A stretch of DNA of 64,000 nt from Tubulanus polymorphus (taxonomy: Eukaryota; Animalia; Nemertea): contig NC_134031.1 of NCBI RefSeq assembly GCF_964204645.1, positions 11,782,088 through 11,846,087 of the forward strand, written 5' to 3'. Shown one piece after another: positions 1-13,359 of this stretch. The notes below the pieces were generated by a model. That model saw nothing but the letters and a program-made list of their open reading frames with translations, made no database searches and was not told the DNA's origin. Each line of letters opens with the position of its first letter. Positions within the stretch are counted from its first letter, which is position 1. The translations under genes and the position numbers were made by a program.

Positions 1-2221
1 ACAACAAGGCAGTTAAACCTTATATGTAAAATCTTATTGCATCCCGAATTGAGAATGATTATCATAGCTCTACAGAGTCTTTATATACAGAATCATGAGT
101 ATAATGTGAGAACTAGGTGTCAGACAAGTTGTAGACATCAGGACTCACAAACACCTAGTGACATGTTTGAGAGACATTAATTAATTATCGATGAGCACTG
201 ACTAGCTAATTATTGTGAAAACATGTTGAGTAATGTCACATGTTGATTACGACCTTAAAGCACATATTGACACTATAGTCATAAGTTATATTATATTAAT
301 ATTATTATTATTATTATTGTTATTAATATGTAGTAGAGCTATGAAATATTATGAACCGTTCGATATGACATTGTAGATCTATATGATTATGAAATATGCA
401 AATTATATCAGGGTGACAGATGACATACCATAGTCATGCACAAATATAAATGTCAATACAATCACTTTTTTTCATTGTTGTGTGTTGCGTGTTGCCTAGC
501 AACATAAATCTGGTGCCTACATTTACTTGAAAATATACTGAAAAAAACTTTTAAGCTCTAAAAGTAATACTTTGACATTATATTTTTTCAAACAATTTTT
601 ACTGATAATACTTGACCATTGTTAGTTTACTTTCCTCAATCATCGGCCAATTCATTGTTGCCACACCGTTGCTATGGTTATAGGAAAACAGTACCCAATA
701 TCTATGAATTTATCTGACAATCTTTGCATTTACGTTATCTTACTCTAAAGGTAAGTAAACAACATGTCTACAATAAATTATGGTTGCTATGGATTTTAGA
801 ATCCCCTGATATTCAAATTAAATTGTCATTGTTGTGTTTCCATAGCAACATGCTCCCGTTATTACTGTATTGTGGATATTTCGAAATTTGCCATAACTCT
901 GGTTCTAGTACAGAGAAAAAGCTGATATTGGTGTCATTTCCTAGGTTTCCATAGACCCGGAATCCATTTCCGATGAGATAAATCCATTTAAATAAAGATT
1001 GAACGAAATTCTGATAGTATTTTGACAAAAGAGCCCATTAATCACTTTACATAAATTCAGCTTTTAATACTTGAAATGAATTTAACTACATACATATTTG
1101 TATTTATTAAGGTCGCAACATTGTTAAATATAATATATCAGCACTTTTCACGAAGCTTTATAAAATATCTTTATAAATTATGTTCATTTTATTGTTTAGA
1201 CACTGAAAGTTTGTACCACTAACATATTCTCACTTGTACTAATTATTCAGTCACATAAAGCCTACATATAAACTGTCAACTATTACAATACGCGAAACAG
1301 ATATGATTCAACTATTAATACAATAGTATCATAAATACATGTACTGTATTACACTTATTGTTTAATTAACACTATTTTGACCTATTTCAGAAGTTTTACA
1401 GAACTATCACACATTAGAAACATTGCATCGCTATAATTACTACCATACATCATTACGATAACTATTACAATAGTATCACTACTTACATATCATAATTGTT
1501 ATACACTATTTGAACTATCACAAAAACTATTATTACAACAATATTCTTCAGAACTATTACAGGCATTATAGAACTATCCAATTAGTCTGTATGTGCATGG
1601 CGGCATTCTCCTTTACAGAAACAAGATTTTATGCACTTCCCACGTTTCTTACATCTGCACCCTGCTTTGCAGCCTTTAATGCACTTGCATGAATTCAGTT
1701 CATCATAATCGGGAAAATCTGTTTTGTCCTTGTAATGTGGTACAAGTTTACCATTTTTATCTACCCAGGCTCCAGTCTCCTCAGGATTTTCCACCATGTA
1801 GATACGATTTGCATTCAACCAAATTTTACATTGGTAGTTCGCTCTGATATAATGATAATGCAATGCGTCTCTGGTTGGTAGTAGCGAGCAAAGGTTTTTG
1901 GCCTTATTTTCATATAATGAAACACGAGCTTCCTCTAAAGCTGAAAATTGTGTGTCATACATTTTACAGACAAACTCTTCAACTTTTTCAAAACTTGTAC
2001 CGCGGCCAATTCCAGAAAGCAGTTCTGGATGCTTAACGTAAATATCCCAAGCAGTTTTTTGCCAATGCCCGAGAAAGAACTAGTTGTGTCACATCCAGTT
2101 ATCGCATGCCATCCTAAAATATTGTTTAAAACGTTTTCGCTTAGACTGTCCCTGATTTTACTGATGTCGTACACCTTTTTACCACTAATCATCAAAACGG
2201 TAGCATCGATGTCTGCTGTGT

Positions 2222-2225
<4 letters not shown>

Positions 2226-2260
<35 letters not shown>
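2226..2260 (+). repeat. (CAG)11 microsatellite, read as poly-Leu inside the Academ XPG exon
   Basis: Eleven perfect CAG units; translation DDTDV-L11-YY on the minus strand. Confidence 0.95.
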
Positions 2261-5200
2261 CGTCTGTATCGTCAGCAACAATGACTACTCGAGTTGCACC
2301 TGAAAAGTTAACAAAAATTGTAATTAGATTACAATAATAAAGTGTTTTGCCAATACTTTTGTGGATTTTGAGACAGCAAAATGGATTATAATGCTTACCT
2401 GCATCTACTGCATGCTGCATGTGATAAATTATGCGGGTGTCAGCCTCCTCGTGATGGCATTCCAGATGCGGCAAAACCCCAGATGTAGTTGAAGTAGGAA
2501 CAGTCCCACCACCACTGACTAATATCTCTATACCACTGTGTACTTTCACCACAAAGTTGCTGAGAAATGTTACGAGGTCTGATATGTTTTCTTCTAGTGT
2601 GATGAATGCTTTCCAGTCCTGAAATTACATTTGAATTATCAACATCTATCATGTTATTAATAACTGCCAATGGTCAAACTGATGTTTAAACATATTATTC
2701 TGTTTTTATGATAAGAATTTCTGAAAAATAACTTAACAAACCTTTGGGACAGGCGTGTTGTGGTTGATTAGTTTCCTCACTCCAGGTTTTTTCGATCTTT
2801 TTTGGCGAGTTTGAAGTTTAATTGAATTACTTCCATTGTAACAGTCTAAGACAACGTCTATTCTGGATGTGTCATCAAGTTTGTTGGAACATGCCTGAAA
2901 AATTGATATAACAACCAAGAATCAATATCATAATAAAATAACAATGCAAATCCAAAATTAAAGGTTACAAGAAATCGGAAATTGAGTCTGTGGGTAATTT
3001 ATCATTATTACCTTCTCAAAGAATATTCTTCTATAGTCATCGAAGGATTTGCATGATGAATTTGCTGGACTCCCAAGTTTTTTGTATGAGGTCAACACCG
3101 TCTACAATGATGATCGATTTCTCTGATTTTGTACTCTCCAGTTTACTTCTATCAGATACATCAATACCAGCATTTTTACCAAGAATTTCGAGAATTTTGC
3201 TTTTGGCTGTTTGACGCATCTCTCCTGTTGTAGTCACTATGGCTGCTGGGTATTCTGCCAACTAATGATTTAATATAAAATTCATGTCTATATCACGTCC
3301 ACCCTGCGGAGCTACTAGAACCTTTTGGAAGAATTTAGCAGTGCTGTCATTAGCGGCTGGTTTTACTTTCTTTGAACGACTTCATCTTTGTAAACATCGG
3401 GAAACCTCTTTGCTTTCTCTTTGGTGATCGGATCAACGAAACTGTTGGATTTGTCCAGAAATCTACTTTGGATTATACCGTCCAACTTATTTTCGCCTTT
3501 CTGGTGAGCATTAACCAAGTCATTCGTAATTGGCCTTGTCGCTACATCATTGCTTATCACAGATCGAATTAATCCACCAGGAGCACATTTAGGAATGATC
3601 AATTAAAATAATGATGACATTTTTGTTATATTAATGACTAACATTGTAATTTATCAGAAGTGTAGTCAGATTTTGAATTGCTGTAACATCAGTATTAATT
3701 CTGCTGGGAAGCATGTCTTTTCGTCCTGATATGACAGGACCTTCAACTTCAGTATCTTCGATGCCCAGTAGAACTCTGGTCTGCTGCATGGCATTAGCAG
3801 CTGCTGCCCATGTTATACAGAATTTGTTTCTGGTTTTCTCGTCAAGGGAAATACCAATGATACCATTTGCCATCTTACACGTTCTATTGATCCATTCCAT
3901 TGCCTGGTCAAAACTGACTTGATTAAACTTGTTGCTCGTTCTTTTAGCAACAAAGTTACCCCTGATAAATTCCCTGTAATTCAAATGGATAACATGGTAA
4001 GATTTTATGATAATCATGACACTATCTGTTACATATTAGCAGATATTCAAAAATAAAAAATAAACCCGTGTCAAAAGATTTTGCATTAGTACAGTACGGT
4101 AATTTCAATTTACCAGCCAAATAGAGCTGAATATTGATGAACTTTCTAAATGACAAAATTATTTTTTTCAAACGGCATTGTACCTCAAGATATCAGGTGC
4201 AGTGTTCTCCAAGTCAGTCATCTGTGCCAGGTACACTGGTCCCCAACGACTATAGTGGACATGGTCGTACCTTACCATCCATGGTAGCATTTTAGCAAAA
4301 CTTTCTAAATGAAGTGACCAGTTCCCGTCTCTCGTCGCTCTGATGAAATCAAGCATCACTCCAACCATATTTATATAATCAAGCCATAACTTGTAATTAT
4401 TTGAGTGTTCACTTTGGACATCATCGAATATTTGCAGTAGATGGCTGAACTTTGCATTCCTCAATCGATCTGCGAGTAACTTCATTTTGTCTAAAAGATA
4501 AAATAGTGTAGTGGAATTGAGCTGTAAATATCAGAATAAAATAAATTCGCAATTAAATATACACTGTTCAATGCCGACCAGTGATATATATTGCCAAGTC
4601 TTTACATTGGAGCTATTCAAGCCTGGGTAATTAGCTTTGACTATAATTAGTAATATGTTCGAATTTGCTTGCTCACTGTGGAATAACAATAATTGAATAA
4701 TAAAATATAAGATGATAAGGTCTTCATACTAAATTATTCTTACCATACGGTGAGTCTTTAATCTTGATAGATTCAATGAGACCTTGAACAGCACATATTA
4801 TATCGCATGGTTTTGCTTTGTCTTTAATCCAGGTAACGAACGTTTCCAACCTAATTTTATTCACAGCTTCAAAGACAAGTTGATGGCCTCTCTTTGCTCT
4901 ATAATATGCCTTCCCCTCTAACATTGCAGTGACATTGTGACTGGCAAATAATCCGGACTTTGTCCATAAGTCTTCTAGTTCTGCCCCTGCCATGTGTTGT
5001 CCTATGACCTTAAGAAAGTTAAAGAGTATATGAAGGTGACCAAGCATCAAAATGACGTGTTCGTACTGCAGGTTTTCTGACACAATTTCCTGGGCCAGAC
5101 TGTAGAGTGGTTGATCGGCACACATAACAGTGTATTTCTGATTTAGTTGTTTCGAGCACTCCATAAACCTGTTTAGTACTTTTATCATTGTATCTCTGTT

Positions 5201-7023
5201 TTGAGACTGCGCATTTAGAATAGGTAGGATACCAACATTAGTTTTTTCTTGCAGTACCGGTTGTTGATCACAGATTTCAAAGAATGGGGCCCACATCGGC
5301 ACAACATTTTGATCATCCAATATCCTACTCATCAACCATATGTCGGTCGCTTGGCGAGATATATTGCATACATCTGATGTTTGGAGCATTTCACTGACTA
5401 CATTAGCATTAACTGTAGGGCTGGACCTCTCAGCTGAAAAAACACCATTCACGATTTTTCCTATGAAATGAAAGCAACAGTTTTTAAAATCAATACCCAT
5501 TTATGTTTCCCTATCAGGGCTACCACCGTCATCTATTAATAAAATGCTAAGGGGCAACTTAGTTTAGTCAACATTCTAATAATGTAATTTTTAAGAAAGA
5601 AATATACTAATAATGCCATTCTACACAAGAGGACTAAGAGAAAAGCTTAGAGCCTCAGAGAAAAGGTATTTCTAAAAGAACTGGTACAACCCCAGTGTAC
5701 CGAAAAAACACTGTCGTGGCATGCTTACTTGGCTGACTTGAATTCTTTATCATGTTGTACTCTTTTAACGTTTCATTTCGGGCTCCACTTCGCACCAACT
5801 TCTTTCTTGGTATCAAAGAACTGTCAACTATGCCCCTTTGCCATAGAAGCATTTGTGTTGCATGAAGGGTGTCTTTCCCATCAGGTGTACACTCATTAAG
5901 GTCAATGTTGTCACATGAAGCTATAACCAGCCTCCCTGGTTCATAATGTTTTATATTTGAAAGGCTGAATCCAAGAACATGTCTATCGCACTTTTGAGCC
6001 CAAACGTCTACTTTTACTTAGTAGCCACTTGAGAATAATAAGCAATTAACGATATCAGCTACTTTTCCAGTAGTATACATTTCAAAACAGTCACTCTGAA
6101 ATAGTATTCCTTTCAATTGGGTTGGTTTTCTATAGTGGCTGGTTCAAAGAGTCTACTATTGAAAAGTGACCATTTTGAAACATCTGGTTTCGATAGTGCA
6201 CACTAGCAGTAGAGATGACTGTAAAACCACCCGCCTGTTAACAGTGACTTTGTGATAGTAACTCCTACCATAGCAGCTACTCTCAAAACACATCGTTTCT
6301 AAAAGTCAACTATTGAAAAGTGACCATTTTGAGATCGCTTGCCAGATTCCCTGTTATAAATACACGGTAGCAACATATGCTTCAAATTTGCAGTGATACG
6401 TGACAATATAAACATACAGAAAAACTCTACTCACGCTATAGTTTGGGGTATAGTTCCATTAAGAGTAACTCAGTTAAGATCCGAAGATATTGTAGATACT
6501 CTTTGAGGATGTGAAATGTAATGAGCGATTCCCAACTCTGACCAATAAAAGTCGAATTAAAAATGTTTACAAATTGTCAATAGTTATGTAGTTTTAAGAT
6601 AAATCGAAATTTCCTTCTTTTCATGAATTCAATTTGAACAAATGCAGCTATTTTCAAGCATAGGTCTGCATTTATTTTTGATTTAAATTCTTAGATTAAA
6701 AGCACAATCATGAATTCAGGCTAACCTCTCATTGAAATGGTGGTTTATTTTCAACGGGGGCCTGGATGTCTTTGCATCTTAAATTAAGATGTGCATTTCG
6801 GAGTGTTCGAATTTCCCTGAATTCTAATTTCGCAAAATCATTAATTTTTTTTAAACAAAATATGCTTTATCCATGTGGATTTTAAAAATTCTAAGAGAGC
6901 CCATATTTGATCGAATTTAATAGAAGAAACTTTGTGTGGTATTCAAGATTTCATTTGGATTACGGTAACAGCCTTTGGTGATCGTCCCTGGGGTCATGAA
7001 GAAATCTCGAAATAGAATTTTGA

Positions 7024-7240
7024 ATGAAGAAATCTCGAAATAGAATTTTGAATATGATAAAATTTGTTAAGGTGAAACCGCAACGTTTCGACTGTTGACT
7101 AACAGCCATCATCAGGTGGAATGTAGGCATTCCTAGTGAGAAGGCCTTTTAGTCAGATGGCTGTCAGTCAACAGCCGAAACGTTGTGGTTCAACTTTAAT
7201 AAATTTCATGATACAAAATTCTATTGTGGAATTTCTTCAT
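7024..7240. mobile_element. Penelope-like element remnant (inverted pseudo-LTR fragments)
   Basis: Imperfect inverted repeat 7024-7110 vs 7156-7240 containing a hammerhead core, the usual footprint of Penelope-like elements. Confidence 0.65.
7077..7120 (-). ncRNA. Minimal type I hammerhead ribozyme motif
   Basis: Minus strand reads UCCAC-CUGAUGA-UGGCUGUU-AGUC-AACAGUC-GAAA-CGUU-GCGG: conserved core, stem II, palindromic AACGUU stem III. The opposite arm has GUGG, which completes stem I with CCAC. Confidence 0.7.
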
Positions 7241-8270
7241 TTATCTACAGTTAACACGGTTTAGAGTATTTTATTCGACTTCTTCGGGTCCTGTCGCCGT
7301 TTAGATAGAAAATTATTTACTTTTCGGCACAGAAGGGATATACAACCGAGTTTGTCGCTATAAGAGGGATTCCCTGTATATCTGCACCTTAAAGCGGTAC
7401 CCTTGTTGGTTCTAGCCCGCATTCGCTTTCAAATTCAAGTAACGTTGGTTTACGATAATTTTAGAAAAAGAGTTTAGTTGGAGAAAACTGATGATTATCT
7501 TATAATTCAGCGGATCATTGGTTCATCGATTCGTAAAAACAAAATCTCTCATAGAGATATTGCGGTGCTAAGTTTATTACTATTAAGAGAGGTGATTACT
7601 TTTGGTTCGTGATCTTTAGGTGGTTAGTGCAGTTAGTTCATTCGTTCATCAATCACTGTCTAGTTAGCCAGTGTAATTGACCTGCTGACCGATAGCTGCT
7701 GCTGAGTTTTTGATAACCTGTATAAACAATTTACTCAACAAAGTAGGAAAGTATGTGAAACTGAAATTACAGCCTATCACATTTCTTTCACTTCTTAAGC
7801 CAAACGAAGTTTTCTCTATCAAATGAAATTGCTGATTTCAAAATTACGCGAACACTCAACTCTTATACGCTAATCCTTTGATCTTTCATAATAGTTGGTA
7901 ATTTCATTTCAACCAAACTATATAACTACGAAATAAGATTTTGATTAGGGTATCACTTCTAGCAAGCGATAAAACGATATTCAGAGAACCGCGTGACAAA
8001 GTGAACATCACAAGGATTACTTAAAAATCGTTCGTATCGAAATTAACAATAAATTCAAGGTTAATTCTAAGTATTTTAGATACATTTTTTTCGTAATTCA
8101 TTTTCTGAACATATGATTTTATTTGTATATTCCTCTCTCATATACCCTTAAAAACAAATTAAGCCTAAAAGATAAATTTATTTTTTGCCTTTCTTTTCTA
8201 CAAAATTAAAGATTTATGAACGCACCAGAATGTTTATAATTCTAGGACTGGCACTATATTTTCGTATTAA

Positions 8271-9070
8271 AGGCCGAGGAGTATGGATGCTAGTTAACCG
8301 GGTGGCAAACACTTGAGATCGGCCGTCCCACTAACTACAGTATCTTGTTTATAATGTTTAGAGTGAGCAAGGTTGGCACACAACAGAAAAGCAGGTCACA
8401 CACAGTTAAATTTGACAAATTCATAAAAGTTTTCATATCAAGTTCTAAACTAATTTTAAGTAATCTAGTCATAGTGGGAATGAAAATCTGATGCTAGCGA
8501 TCTTTTTTTGAAGGGATAGGGCCAAGATTAAAGATTTTAGAGACATTTCAAATTTTTTGAAAATCATTAATTTTTATCCGATTTCGATGAAATTTGGACA
8601 CAACATTGATGGTAGATAGCTAAACAAGTGTACGAAATTTCAGACTGATCCATTGACCATGAAAAAAGTTTTGATGTTGCCAAATTTTGGTACTATGAAT
8701 GAGGCTATGTTTTGTTTATGTATACTGATGACTATAGGTATCAAGTTACTGTTCATGTGCTCTGTGAGCTACACTAATTCACTGGATAACTCCTCCCTCT
8801 ATGTCATTCAAAGATTCAAATTTTGAAGGAAATACCAACTAAAAAGCTTAATTTCTCGTAGAGGAGGGCCTAAAACACATTTTTGACTGCAGAAATGAAT
8901 ATATTACACATTAATACATATGTCTGACAAAAAGGAGGGTCCAAATCGGATAACTGACAGAGAAAATAGGAGAATTCCAGTTTCAACCGTTGGAGCTCTC
9001 CACTGCACTATTGCTTCATGGGTACTGCCATCTTTGACATTGATTGGGCTTTTATACTGCTCCTCGGCCT
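8271..9070. mobile_element. Kolobok-like non-autonomous DNA transposon
   Basis: TTAA on both sides (8267-8270, 9071-9074); TIR AGGCCGAGGAG...CTCCTCGGCCT. Confidence 0.85.
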
Positions 9071-11496
9071 TTAATGGATTTAATCCATGATGATATAATT
9101 TAGGGGATTCTCAGCAACTCAAAAACTTTGATTTTCTATTCACAGAACTGTATTCAAACCATACAGAGTTCTGTATACAAAGCAGATAGGGTTTAACAGT
9201 ACCTTTGAACCTGACACGAATCACTGCAAATCTTTAACAGATGCTGCTATTTTGAACAGGAAATTACCAAGCCATCTCAAAATGGTCACTTTTCAATAGT
9301 TGACTTTTAGAAACGATGTGTTTTGAGAGTAGCTGTTATGGGAAGAGTTACTATCACAAAGTCACTGTTTACAGACGGGTGGTTTTACAGTCACCTCTAC
9401 TATCGAAACCAGATGTTTTGAAATGGTCACTTTTCAATAGTAGACTCTTCGAAACAGCTACTATAGAAAACCAACAGAATTGAAAGGAATACTATTTCAA
9501 AGTGACTGTTTTGAAATGTATACTACTGGAAAAGTAGCTGATATCGTTAATTGCTTATTGTTCTCAAGTGGGTCTACTAAGTAAAAGTAGATGTTTGGGC
9601 TCAAAAGTGCGATAGACATGTTCTTGGATTCAGCCTTTTATTTGGTGGTATATATACACAATTGCCCGATATATTGTCTGTGAAATTCTTTTCCAGAGTA
9701 TAATGGATGCGACGTATTGTGTTAATTCCTATACAATGCCCAGCTGCATGGAACATGTCGACGAGAGCTTCCGATCTGGTTGCGTGATGTAACGATAGCC
9801 CTAAACCTACGTGTTTCGGGGTTAGTACATTCCCCTTGGAGGCCGCATATACAAGATCCTGGCCTATGCTACTTCTATTTTGCTTAGTCCTCTCTGTGTC
9901 ATGTTCATTTTCTGGCTCTCTTTGGATAATGATCGACAATAATAAGTTCAGTGATTCAGGAATTATTTCACTAATTGCATCACAAATTATGTCAATGTAT
10001 TCTGTTGAATGCTTAGAACCAGAACTCAAAATATCATTCCTAATTTTCAGTGCTGCTTGAATCAAAGCGTGTCTATCGTCCTCCATGTAACGTACTCCAA
10101 TTTTGTCACCTGAAACCATCATTTTTTATTGTATTCAAGACTAGGAAGAGTGGCGATCCATGTTCATTTGAATCCCTAAAAAGTTAGAACATAGGTGACT
10201 GAGACACCACGCTCTATTGCATTGCAGTTCACATTTCTCAATAAACAGAGGGAAAGAAAAAATATGACAACAATATCCCCAATATCAACATGCATACTGG
10301 CGAGTGCACTTTCCACTGCCAAACTATCAAGCGACCGACTTGTAAAATCGAACCTAACAAGATGCCAAGGCATCTAAGCCCGCTTGCCTGTGTGCTTAGT
10401 GAAGTCAATCACAATAATATACACCCCAGTTTAATAATCTTAGATGATACAGCCTATAGTGTTTCAAAGTAGAAAAATTCTAAATGGACAATAGACCACC
10501 ACTAAGACCCGGGGGAACAGCATCTAAGCCCGTATGGCCTTTGGCCAAGCAGGCTAAAATACATAAGCTATGCTAATTTTTTACTTCAAAATTCCCAAAT
10601 GGAGCCGTCTATAAAATACATCCATGCTGTAGGGGAGGGGGTTTGATTTTTTGTGGATAAAAGAATATAAGTAAAATAGCTCAACATTATTCAATAATCA
10701 AATCTCTTAATTATCCAAATGCCAATGCGGGTCACTGTCCAGTGAACAAGGGGAAGGGGGTTTAGATTATGTGGATTTTATTTGGACATAGGGGAGGGGC
10801 GTCTAATTTTCCATATTTTGTGTGGACGTCTACAAACAATTATTTCTCTGTTCAAGAAAAAGCCAGGAAACAGATTATATTATTGGAAATCACTTAGCAA
10901 CCTGAATGTGGATGGGGAATTTGAGGAGTTCTTAACTTTTTGCTCTTAGGGGAAATCCCTTTTGAAACAGGTTAGTTTGGAAAAAAGGTTGCCACTGGCG
11001 TAATTAAAAATTGGCTTGAAATTTTATTATCTGTAACTATGGCAACATATTACTTTTTCAAATAAAATAGCAATTCCGGTTCGATATTTCGAGGTTTCTT
11101 TGAATTTTGGAGTGATATTGAAATCCGGTAAATACCAGTGGTAGATTGTGAAAACCCATTGCATGATATTTGTATTACTTAATCAATGAAAAGCGTCGGG
11201 GCCGCGCCAGGAGTTTTCGTGATTCAAGTAGCGCAATAGCCTACTTCGTGTTCGTCCACCTCAATTTTCACTCCGCCGATCTCTGACACGGCTCTGTCCC
11301 CGTCGGCGCTGTGATTGCACTTTCGTACCACCAAAATTTTTTATTTCTATATCAGGGAGGTCTGGAGAATAAAAAAGTCAAAATTTGGATATCACATAGG
11401 CCTGATTTCATCGAATAAGTCGACCATGGTCGTTACGTTTCCGTACTTATTACACCACCTAAAACATTGTCACAACCAACATTTCGTTTACAGAAA

Positions 11497-12710
11497 TCAG
11501 GTGTTCACGTGAATCCGCGGTATCGTCTACTGTTTTACTTCTGGGTTTTATTTTGAGATTTAAAATTGTATTTCAAGATCGATTTCTATGAAATCTTTAG
11601 TTGATTTGGTGTTTTGGAGGAATTTTTATTTGCTCTACAGAAAATTCATCTTTGACAATTGCGCAAGGTTCGCGAAAAAAAGGTTTTACCAAATCGGGTG
11701 TATGACCTTGATATGCTAATTAGCCATGTGCCCGAATTGCAAATTCAATCAAATTTTATTCTGCCAAAAAATGTTAAATACAATTCGCTTTCCGAGAGTT
11801 AATGGTATGCTGCATGGAACAAAGTTGTTTTGAGATGGGTCTTGAAGCTATTGAGGTCGAGAGATAACCATCTAGATAGTTCGTGAGAGTTCCAAAGTTT
11901 TGAAGACGCTTCAAGGTAATGTCTTGATATTTGTTTTATACATGAATCTACCCTAGACACATCTTCAGGCCAAAAACTGGCCCTGTCAGATTCAAGATGG
12001 CCGACTGGCAGCCATTGTTGTTCGCCAAAATCAGCCCTTTTTACACATTTTTGAAGTTTTCGAGGAAAATTTTGAAGACACTTTTATCAATAACCTTGAT
12101 CATTCGTATGTATTTGTATCCCCCGAGGGCCCATCGGCATGAGAAAAATTGAGTCGATCGGACTCAAGATGGCCGTACTGTGACCTTTTTTGTTCCCAAA
12201 AATGTCAATTTTGGCCTGAATTCTGAGTACTGTAGCTTTCTAATGGTGCGCCATGTTTCATTGCAATTTGTAATGGGTATTCTTTGGAAAGGGATCTTTT
12301 TTATCCGAGAGGGTATTTTTGACCAGGCAATTATGACGCACTTGGCGGCCATCTTGGGGTCATCAGTACTCATTCGTAGGTGGAAAAAAAGTTTTTCCAC
12401 ATCATAATTGATACTTAAGCATATTTTGCTACTATAATCAATTGGAAAGTTGTAGCTCATGACATGTTCTATGATCGAGGTGAGTTTCAAGCTCATTGGT
12501 TTTTTTTATGGCCACCAGGGGGCGTTGAACAATACAATAACTTAGTATTTCTATATTACATTCGTTCCTGCTGTCTGTGTTAACACACGATTTTACTATG
12601 TAAATGATATTGAGCAGGGAGTGTATATTGATAAATATAACCCACAGATTACATCATTTATAAAAAGCAAATCTGACAGGCTGGCCATTGTGCCCCTTGG
12701 GGCTCTTGTT
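11497..12710 (+). mobile_element. HINE family 3 copy (5'-truncated) with a nested HINE family 1 fragment (~11900-12560)
   Basis: Homologous to 17165-17699, 24105-24652 and 52119-52873. 3' end GGCTGGCC + hairpin GCCCC-TT-GGGGC + TCTTGTT. Confidence 0.75.
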
Positions 12711-13359
12711 GTGTTATGAATAAAGTATTATATAACTGATTATTAATGACATTCAATAAATAAACCTTCAAAGAAAGGTACCTAGTGTCTGACATTCTAT
12801 TGAAAAATTCTGGATTGATTTACCGCATAGTCTTTTCATAGTGAGCATTTTAGTATATGAATCAATAAAGATGATTGACAAACACGGGTGTGGTTGTCTC
12901 ACTGTTGAAGATGCTCGATGTTAACAATAATTCTAACCACGTGCGCGATGAAAACAGGGACATCAAACTAAGAATCACTGAATTTCTTAATTACGTGTGA
13001 TTTGAATAGGCATCTGCGCTGCTTTTTCAAGAAGTCGAATCTTAATTGACTCCCATTGCATAGGCTGAAGCCATATATATATAAAGATTAATTGATGAGT
13101 GCAAAACTAACAATGGTTGTCGGTGACGAGACATGACATATATTTCATAGTACGACAAAGACAATGATTGAGGTGGGACAGACAGATAAATAACAGGCTA
13201 ATTGATATTTCACAGGCAACATGAAGCAACAAACTGTACACAAAGAAAATATGAAATTTACACTAAAATATACCCCTTCGCTGCCGAGAAATTTGCTCCC
13301 GCAAATTGAAAATAAATTAAATGTTATAGCGACAAAGATGAATTGAGATTTTGAATTAA

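Larger units (their letters stand above)
5960..9638. mobile_element. Non-autonomous DNA transposon with ~375-bp TIRs and a 6-bp TSD, inserted in an Academ exon
   Basis: 5960-6335 is the reverse complement of 9274-9638. Termini AAAGGCTGAATCC...GGATTCAGCCTTT. TATTTG is duplicated at 5954-5959 and 9639-9644. Excision restores the Academ frame (VYIPPNIKHYEPGRL). Confidence 0.9.
1582..10122 (-). pseudogene. Multi-exon Academ transposase-XPG-Cys finger gene, disrupted
   Basis: Motifs in order: LTPKHVGLGLSLHHATRS..GH (9601-10122); DNIDLNECTPDGKDTLHATQ (~5850-5915); ADQPLY..MLGHLH..GKAYYRAKRGH (4724-5500); RDGNWSLHL..YDHVHYSRW (4168-4485); FDQAMEWIN (3631-4017); VDG (3037-3261); HEEADTRII, DDTDV and GCDTTSSFSGIGK (XPG/H3TH, 1935-2552); LPTRDAL..RANYQ..W and CKCIKGCKAGCRCKK..C...C.C...C (1582-1962). 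A GT-AG intron at 2398-2300 joins DAG|ATRVV. Frameshifts and an insertion at 5960-9638 disrupt it. Confidence 0.85.
1..11461 (-). mobile_element. Academ (AcademX-type) DNA transposon, decayed; the other end lies left of the window
   Basis: Spliced minus-strand protein fragments show the AcademX architecture (Academ transposase, XPG/FEN-like nuclease, C-terminal Cys-rich finger). Candidate terminus 5'-TAGGTGGTGTAATAAG on the minus strand at 11461. The matching TIR is not in the window, so this boundary is inferred. Confidence 0.75.
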
